64,000 nucleotides of DNA from Candidatus Babeliales bacterium. GTDB lineage: Bacteria > Babelota > Babeliae > Babelales > JANWKD01. The notes under the pieces are model-generated. The model was not told the origin of the DNA, searched no databases, and saw nothing but the letters and a program-made list of their open reading frames with translations. The stretch's first letter is position 1. Each line of letters opens with the position of its first letter. The position numbers were made by a program, and so were the translations under genes. The stretch is taken from the NCBI GenBank assembly GCA_963701665.1, contig OY969622.1, positions 704,001 through 768,000 on the forward strand, given 5' to 3'. Of this stretch, positions 57,568 to 64,000 are shown piece by piece.

Positions 57568-58389
57568 ATGAAATTTTTAAAGAATAATAAGGTATTTTTG
57601 ATAGCGGCAATAGCCTTAGCAGGCTTGATCATTATAGGTATAGGACTTATAGAGAAAAACACCTACCAAAGTAGTGAATCAATTCAGCCTAACTTGCTTT
57701 CGCAGCTTTCACTTGATTCGGCTCAAGAAATATCTAAAGAAACGTATCAAACTTTTCTAAAAGATGAAGAAACACGTATTTGGGGTCTTTTAAAAGGAAT
57801 CTTAAATATGTCTCAAGATGAATGTAATGCAAAAAAAATACAGTGGCAAAGCTACTACGCCAATGATGCAAAAGAGTTACAAGATTTGAACAAGAATTTA
57901 CCTCCTCTTTCATCAGATACTTTAAAGGTTGTCAAAGCTGTTTTAGAAGATTTTAATATATCTGAAGATGCCGTTGTCATTTTACCATTTGAAGATTATT
58001 GTCCGGCAGCTGCTGATGATTGCAGCCTATTTATTAATGAAACACTATTTAAACAATTATCACCCAATGCTCAAAAATTCTGTATTGGTCACGAATTACA
58101 GCATTTTTTAAACAAAGATGATTCAACAAATTATGTGTTATTACAGCATTGCGATCAAGATAAATCAGAATTACCTGCTGAACATTCTATTCAACAAATT
58201 TCAAGACTACAAGAGCTCAGAGCTGATCTTAGCGCAGCAGCAAAAAATGATGAATATGCTCAAGGATTCAAAGAATTTATCAACATAGCATTAGAAATTG
58301 TTGGTGACGGTCCAGGAACAACACATCCAAAAAATACATTAAGATTAAGCTATGCAGAGAAATTAATTGCTCAAACAATAGTAACTTAA
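57568..58389 (+). CDS. Membrane-anchored M48-like metalloprotease, paralog 1
   Basis: N-terminal TM, GHELQH, QELRAD, THP...R. Confidence 0.75.
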   Translation: MKFLKNNKVFLIAAIALAGLIIIGIGLIEKNTYQSSESIQPNLLSQLSLDSAQEISKETYQTFLKDEETRIWGLLKGILNMSQDECNAKKIQWQSYYANDAKELQDLNKNLPPLSSDTLKVVKAVLEDFNISEDAVVILPFEDYCPAAADDCSLFINETLFKQLSPNAQKFCIGHELQHFLNKDDSTNYVLLQHCDQDKSELPAEHSIQQISRLQELRADLSAAAKNDEYAQGFKEFINIALEIVGDGPGTTHPKNTLRLSYAEKLIAQTIVT

Positions 58390-58405
58390 TACTGAAACTA
58401 AAAAA

Positions 58406-59254
58406 ATGGAGAAGATCATGGAATTTGTTAATAAAAAGAATATTTTAATCGCATCAGCACTATTAGGTATTATTCCAGCACTTTATTATATCAATCATAG
58501 ACAAACAGCTATCACACCAAATTTAATACATCAACTGGGTATTGATGAAAATAGCCTTAAGAATGATTATTATGTAGGCATTTCACCTAACTCGGAAAAA
58601 AGCACAAAAGAAGAATATCTTGCATGGCTTGCTTCGGAAGAAAAAAAAGTATGGCATGATGTTACAGCATTAACAGGAATTACCTACGATGAATGCAAAA
58701 AATTAGTTCAAGAATACCTGCCAACACATGCTAAAGAAACTGAAGGGCTTAAAAAGCAATTAAGTACTGGCAAGGAAGTTGCGCCCCATGTTAGAGAAGT
58801 TATTGAAACCGTTATTCATGATTTAGGTTGCCAACCACTTGAAATTATTTCATGCACCTATCCCGTTGCTGCGGCAACTCACGGCCCGATCGTTTTGGTA
58901 AACGAAGAAATTTTCAATACTATGCCAACGCTCGCACAAAAATTCGTGGTGGCTCATGAAATTAGTCATATTTTCTTACAAGATGACGAGATACGCTCCG
59001 TGCTTAGAAGTAAAGGTTTTGCGCCTAACGAAGAATCACTCGATTATGCTATAAACAAGCTTTACCGTTTCCAAGAGTTACGAGCTGATATGCTTGCAGC
59101 GCTCACAAGTCTTGAATATGCAAAAGGTTATACTGAATACGTTCATAATGCTTTAGGCAGAAGAGACAATGAAGAAATTACTGAATTATTTTATCCGACC
59201 TACGTACTGAGACAAACAACTAGTGAAAAAATTCAACAAATAGTTTTTGCATAA
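58406..59254 (+). CDS. Membrane-anchored M48-like metalloprotease, paralog 2
   Basis: AHEISH, QELRAD, YP....R (His to Tyr). Confidence 0.75.
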   Translation: MEKIMEFVNKKNILIASALLGIIPALYYINHRQTAITPNLIHQLGIDENSLKNDYYVGISPNSEKSTKEEYLAWLASEEKKVWHDVTALTGITYDECKKLVQEYLPTHAKETEGLKKQLSTGKEVAPHVREVIETVIHDLGCQPLEIISCTYPVAAATHGPIVLVNEEIFNTMPTLAQKFVVAHEISHIFLQDDEIRSVLRSKGFAPNEESLDYAINKLYRFQELRADMLAALTSLEYAKGYTEYVHNALGRRDNEEITELFYPTYVLRQTTSEKIQQIVFA

Positions 59255-59280
59255 TTTTGAATTTAAATAAGGAATAGAAC

Positions 59281-60759
59281 ATGAAAAGATTAATATTAAT
59301 AGTATTAACAATGATATCGCTACAAGCGTTCGCCATGGAACAAAAGCCTACGGCAAACCAAAACACTCTCAGAGAAAAATTAGGTGCACTTTTCAATGCT
59401 GTTATCCAACGCGATGCATTGAAAGTACAAAATTTATTATCTGATCATGAAATCAGTTCCCATAAAACAATTTTGGATACCCGCGCGTTAATTAAAGGGA
59501 TGCCAACAGCAGCATCACTCATCGATTTTGCGGTTGAGCTCCCAGATCCTACTATTTTAAGACACTTAATTAAAGCTGGTGCGTCAATAGAAACAAGAAA
59601 TAGTGAAGGTCAGACTCCGCTGTTGAAAGCTGTTTATAATAGAAATGTTCCTGCTGTTAGAGTCCTCTTAAAAAATAAAGCAGATGTAAACGTCAAAAGT
59701 CTTAGGAGCAAATCTTCTCCATTAAAGTATGCTGTTAATAACCACGACTACTCTGTGATTGAACTCTTGATTGGCCACGGTGCTCGTCTTGATGAATTTC
59801 AACGAGGATCCCGTACTGAAATAGAGAATGCGCTTTTGCATAAATCACAGAATGATTCAAATTTCTATCCTGAAAAATTTTTGCTCAAAGCAGCAAAAAC
59901 TAACCCCAATATTATTATGAGAGACAACAGTAGAACTCGTATGCCGGCTTTGCACTATCTTCTCAGAAAATTTTATGAAGAATATTACAACCCTCAATTT
60001 GTGCAAGGGCTCAATGCTGCAACAAAAAAAGGTGAAGACATCTTAATGAAGCCAGAAGAATCAAAATTAATCCAATCAATTTTACAGCAAATTGAAGCCG
60101 GATTTAATATTAATAAGATAGACAGCGATGATCGTACAGCTTTAGCAATTGCTATCGAAAATACAGATCCAACTTTCGTAAAATGGATTTTGTCTCATCA
60201 CAAGGCTAATGCCATGACTTACGATAGTAGCAAACGCATTACCACTATTACCGGACTTTGCACCATAGATCCTACATCTCGACGTCCAATGCAATATGTC
60301 TTAAATGAATTAGAAAAGGTAATCAAAGATAAGCAAATATACTTAAAATTACAATTTTCTGATCGAGTGGATGAATTGTCTCTTAAAAAGGATCGGCTAC
60401 TTTCAATAGCTGAGCATCTTGTCAGCTATAACCCTTATTTATGCACTCAAGAAATAATGTTTAGCAATTACCTTATTTCACCTTTTGAATTTGCAGAGCA
60501 ACAAGGATTGCACGAGCTTACGGAAATACTTCAAAAATATAATCAATTAAGTTTAGTTGAACAAACTGCAAAGCAGCTTATAAATAACATACTTGCAACG
60601 GGTTTTGATGATCCAAAAAATAATTTAGGTGCATTGCCAAAAGAAGTCATTAAAAACTTGGTGGATGAAATCGATAAATTAATTACTGTACGTCAAGATA
60701 AAGAAGCATTACATAATTTGAAAGACGGCATTATTAAAACATATTTAATTCAGTCTTAA
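59281..60759 (+). CDS. Exported ankyrin-repeat protein
   Basis: Signal peptide AFA-ME; GQTPLLKAV, ADVN, SPLKYAV, RTALAIAI. Confidence 0.85.
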   Translation: MKRLILIVLTMISLQAFAMEQKPTANQNTLREKLGALFNAVIQRDALKVQNLLSDHEISSHKTILDTRALIKGMPTAASLIDFAVELPDPTILRHLIKAGASIETRNSEGQTPLLKAVYNRNVPAVRVLLKNKADVNVKSLRSKSSPLKYAVNNHDYSVIELLIGHGARLDEFQRGSRTEIENALLHKSQNDSNFYPEKFLLKAAKTNPNIIMRDNSRTRMPALHYLLRKFYEEYYNPQFVQGLNAATKKGEDILMKPEESKLIQSILQQIEAGFNINKIDSDDRTALAIAIENTDPTFVKWILSHHKANAMTYDSSKRITTITGLCTIDPTSRRPMQYVLNELEKVIKDKQIYLKLQFSDRVDELSLKKDRLLSIAEHLVSYNPYLCTQEIMFSNYLISPFEFAEQQGLHELTEILQKYNQLSLVEQTAKQLINNILATGFDDPKNNLGALPKEVIKNLVDEIDKLITVRQDKEALHNLKDGIIKTYLIQS

Positions 60760-60794
60760 CTGTTTTATAACTAACTATAAATGGAGAGAGACGA

Positions 60795-61649
60795 ATGAAT
60801 TTAAGAATTTTAGATATTAAGCTAAACAAAAGAATTATTGCATCAATCGCTGTACTTATAATTGCAATATCATCCTTAACTTTGCATCGCATTCACCAAA
60901 CACAAAAAAATACGAGCATTGAACCAAATCTAAACGCGCGCATTGATCTTACAGCTTTTGAGCAAACGAGTGCGCTACAAGATTTTCAAACATTATTAGA
61001 TAATGAAGAAACACTCGTTTGGCACGAGATTGAACACGCAAGTGGGATGTCAAAAAAACAAATTATAGCTATAAAAAGTGAAAAGAGTTGGCAAAAATAT
61101 TATGCAGAAGATATCAAGAATCTAAAAGAGAAAAAACATAGTGATCACAAGATTAGCCAAAAAAATACGGAACTCATCAAACGAATGATCCACTTATGTG
61201 GTCTCGATTCAAACAACATAGAAATTGTAAGCTCTAATGGTTTTTCTCCAGCGGCCGCAACTGATATCGTTCTATTCGTAAATCCAGAAAAATTTGATGC
61301 ACTTTCTCCTAATATACAAAAGTTCGTTCTAGTACATGAGATGAGCCATATTATTAATCAAGATCACTCAACACGTTGTATACTCGAAGATATGCAAGAA
61401 AATCAGAAAGATAACGAGCGCTTAGAACATGCTATAAATCATATTAAATACTTTTCTGAAACAAGAGCTGACGTCTTTGCTATTCTTCAAGGACAAGAAT
61501 TTGCACAAGGCCAAATCGATTTTATGGAACAATGTTTAAAACTACACGGAAATAAGCCAGGCCGTAGCCACCCATCAAATGGTGAACGTCTTGCAATGGG
61601 GCAAAAACTATTAGCATTGATAGAACATAAAAACAATTCACAAGCATAA
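60795..61649 (+). CDS. Membrane-anchored M48-like metalloprotease, paralog 3
   Basis: VHEMSH, ETRAD, SHPSNGER. Confidence 0.75.
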   Translation: MNLRILDIKLNKRIIASIAVLIIAISSLTLHRIHQTQKNTSIEPNLNARIDLTAFEQTSALQDFQTLLDNEETLVWHEIEHASGMSKKQIIAIKSEKSWQKYYAEDIKNLKEKKHSDHKISQKNTELIKRMIHLCGLDSNNIEIVSSNGFSPAAATDIVLFVNPEKFDALSPNIQKFVLVHEMSHIINQDHSTRCILEDMQENQKDNERLEHAINHIKYFSETRADVFAILQGQEFAQGQIDFMEQCLKLHGNKPGRSHPSNGERLAMGQKLLALIEHKNNSQA

Positions 61650-61655
61650 CTATTC

Positions 61656-61700
61656 AAAAAAAATAAGTACCGCAACATACAAATTGCGGTACTTTATTTT
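61656..61700. terminator. Bidirectional terminator
   Basis: AAGTACCGCAA / TTGCGGTACTT flanked by A and T runs. Confidence 0.7.
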
Positions 61701-61945
61701 GTTCGTGTGCGATTAATCGCTTCAACAGCTTCTTGCACCGTCTTTATATGCGCTGCATCATCATCATTTATTTCAATGCCAAATGTATCTTCAAATTTCA
61801 TAATAATTTCTAACATATCCAGAGAATCAGCCCCCAAAGCTTCAAAAGAAGATTGAGGCGTGATTTGTGCTTTATCAATATTCAAGGTATCAACAATGAT
61901 AGTAGCAACTTTTGCAAACGTATCGTTAACATCAAATTGTGCCAT
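61694..61945 (-). CDS. acpP: Acyl carrier protein
   Basis: LGADSLD, E..FGIEI.D, TV..AV. Confidence 0.95.
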   Translation of the reverse strand: MAQFDVNDTFAKVATIIVDTLNIDKAQITPQSSFEALGADSLDMLEIIMKFEDTFGIEINDDDAAHIKTVQEAVEAINRTRTK

Positions 61946-62032
61946 TAATTGAGCTCCTAAGAAAAAAAATCAAGGGATAGTATTAGTATACTGCATCAAT
62001 GCACACGTAGCTAGATTTGCATAAAGATTTAC

Positions 62033-62968
62033 TCAAGCAGTCTGCTGAATAAAGCTCTTGAGTGCATCAATATCTGAACGCGTGTTAATGGTGAAATGTG
62101 CTTTTTCTGGGAATAACGCGCGCACTAATGAAGATAATGTTTTACCCGGGCCAATTTCAAGAATTATATCCCAATCAGCGCACTGTTGCAGCACTTTGTT
62201 CCACATAATTGGCGCGTGCAGTTGTTTCATCACGCGTTGCTTAATAGCGTCATGTTTTTGAACGAGTGCACCATCGGCGCACGCAATGAGTGGAATCGAG
62301 GTTGTTCTGAAATCAATTTTAGTGCAATATTTTTCGAGTGTGTCGACAACAGGATTCATCAAATCACTGTGAAGACCGCCCTTAACCGATATTTCTTGCA
62401 TAAAACCATTTTTTTCAGCAACCATTTTTGCTAGATCAGGAAATAATGCAGCGTTACCAGTAACAATATGCTCATAATCAGAAGTATATACTGCCAAGGA
62501 AAGTTTCAGATCACGCTCGTTCAACGAAGAGCAGATCTTTTTAAGCGTTGCAGCATTAATGCCTTTCACGAGTGCAGCACGTACATCAACTGTTTGCAAA
62601 AGTTCGCTATAAAATAACGCATATTTTTGTAAAAAATATAAGCCGTCTGGCAAACTTATACCATCGATGGTGCACAGCGCACTCAATTCACCAATACCAT
62701 GACCTGCAACAGCATCGATGGTAATTCCCTCTTGTTTGACCAAAAGAGCAAGTGAAACACTCGTCAGAAAAATTGAAACGTACGCATTCTCTAATGCTGA
62801 TAACTCTTCATCAGACGAGGCAAAACATAATTTTACGAAATTTATAGAAAGACAATTATACGCTTCTTCAAAATATTCTTGCACCAGGCGAGATTCATCA
62901 TAAAGTTCTTTTCCCATACCAACATACTGACTGCCGTAATCAGGAAATAACATACCTATTTTCATCAC
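62033..62968 (-). CDS. fabD: FabD-like malonyl-CoA:ACP transacylase homolog lacking catalytic Ser
   Basis: FP..GSQYVGMG, GHGIGE (canonical GHSxGE), HS.LM, EIGPG..L; next to acpP. Confidence 0.75.
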   Translation of the reverse strand: MMKIGMLFPDYGSQYVGMGKELYDESRLVQEYFEEAYNCLSINFVKLCFASSDEELSALENAYVSIFLTSVSLALLVKQEGITIDAVAGHGIGELSALCTIDGISLPDGLYFLQKYALFYSELLQTVDVRAALVKGINAATLKKICSSLNERDLKLSLAVYTSDYEHIVTGNAALFPDLAKMVAEKNGFMQEISVKGGLHSDLMNPVVDTLEKYCTKIDFRTTSIPLIACADGALVQKHDAIKQRVMKQLHAPIMWNKVLQQCADWDIILEIGPGKTLSSLVRALFPEKAHFTINTRSDIDALKSFIQQTA

Positions 62969-62977
62969 AACACCCTT

Positions 62978-64000
62978 CTAGAGTGACGCCTTGCACTGTA
63001 CAGAAAATTTTTGCAATCGTTTCACTGTTTCATCTTTGCCCAATAATGTCATCAACTCAAAAATACCTGGGCTCGCTGTAGTTGATGTTAATGCAAGACG
63101 AATTGGCTGTGCCAGCGTGACAAGTTGAATGGTATATTGAGCGCAAATATCTTTAAGCAAAGCTTTGAGTGAATCGACAGAATACGTATCAAGGCCCATA
63201 ATTCTTTTTTGTAGCACTTCAAATTGTTCAATAATAGGAGGTGTAACCCATTTTTTCATATCTTCGGCTGATGCTTGCTGTTGATTATCGTGTAATCTTT
63301 GTAAGGTATTCATGAGATCAACAAGTGTTGTATTCCGTTCTTTGTATAAGGTAATACCAAGCAGCACTTGATCATGCTTCCACCCACCAAGAGGTCGTGG
63401 CCAAGAAGCATCAATATCACGAACAATATGATCAAAAATTTTTTGTGCAGAATACGAGCGCATGTACATACCATTCACCCAGTGCAACTTTTGATTATCA
63501 AAGACAGCACCATGCTTACCCACTTTTTCCATGGTAAAATGATCAATCATCTCTTGGCGAGTGAAAATTTCTTGATCTCCATGCGCCCATCCTAAGCGCA
63601 CGAGATAATTGCACAACGCTTCTGGAAGAAATCCATTTTTTTTGTAATCAAGCACCGATGTAGCAACATCGCGTTTACTTAATTTACCACCCGAAGGCGA
63701 AAGAATAAGCGGCAGATGCGCAAATATTGGCACTTTAAATCCTAATGCCTGATATAACAAAATTTGTCGTGGTGTATTGGGAATATGCTCTTCACCGCGA
63801 ATGACATGCGTGATATTCATTAATGCATCATCAACAACCACAACAAAATTATAAATCGGTGTGCCATCAGAACGAGCGATTATGAAATCATCAATTTGAT
63901 CACGATCAAAGCTAATACGACCATGAATTAAATCATCAAAAGCTATTTCACGAATATCTTGTGGAACTTTCAAACGTATAACATACGGTTGATCATGTAA
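62978..64000 (-). CDS. gltX: Glutamate--tRNA ligase (5' part outside window)
   Basis: DF.I.RSDG.P.YNF.VVVDD, THVIRGEEH, KLSKR, RLALT. Confidence 0.95.
   Translation of the reverse strand, partial: LHDQPYVIRLKVPQDIREIAFDDLIHGRISFDRDQIDDFIIARSDGTPIYNFVVVVDDALMNITHVIRGEEHIPNTPRQILLYQALGFKVPIFAHLPLILSPSGGKLSKRDVATSVLDYKKNGFLPEALCNYLVRLGWAHGDQEIFTRQEMIDHFTMEKVGKHGAVFDNQKLHWVNGMYMRSYSAQKIFDHIVRDIDASWPRPLGGWKHDQVLLGITLYKERNTTLVDLMNTLQRLHDNQQQASAEDMKKWVTPPIIEQFEVLQKRIMGLDTYSVDSLKALLKDICAQYTIQLVTLAQPIRLALTSTTASPGIFELMTLLGKDETVKRLQKFSVQCKASL

Overview
AT-rich bacterial chromosome segment. Gene content and style (many small signal-peptide proteins, ankyrin and M48-like expansions, scavenging transporters, archaeal/eukaryotic-type ProRS) resemble a protist-associated intracellular bacterium such as Candidatus Dependentiae/Babelota (TM6); this assignment is inference. 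The window spans the probable replication terminus: a dif-like site at 17026-17053, where the + strand appears by eye to change from G-rich to C-rich. Housekeeping genes include ftsW, murD, ileS, lnt, rplI, dnaB, ruvC, recF, dnaN, xerD, proS, rny, zapA, rplT-rpmI-infC, recA, miaA, carD, dnaK, mntH, acpP, fabD-like and gltX. The most interesting signals are not in the ORF track. (1) A recurring leader-peptide/hairpin architecture has cognate codons just before a stop codon that lies in a hairpin loop: Ile codons before ileS, Met codons before a SAM-hydrolase (DUF62) + EamA pair, and more weakly Pro codons before putP. (2) A probable ~95-nt sRNA is complementary to an AAGGAG-N-ATGAA translation start. 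(3) A GC-rich rod-like RNA candidate lies between carD and dnaK. (4) An RPE-like palindromic element sits in frame in lnt. Also notable are a secreted DOT1-like methyltransferase, a FabD lacking its catalytic Ser, and a shared 'signal peptide then Met' motif in many exported proteins.
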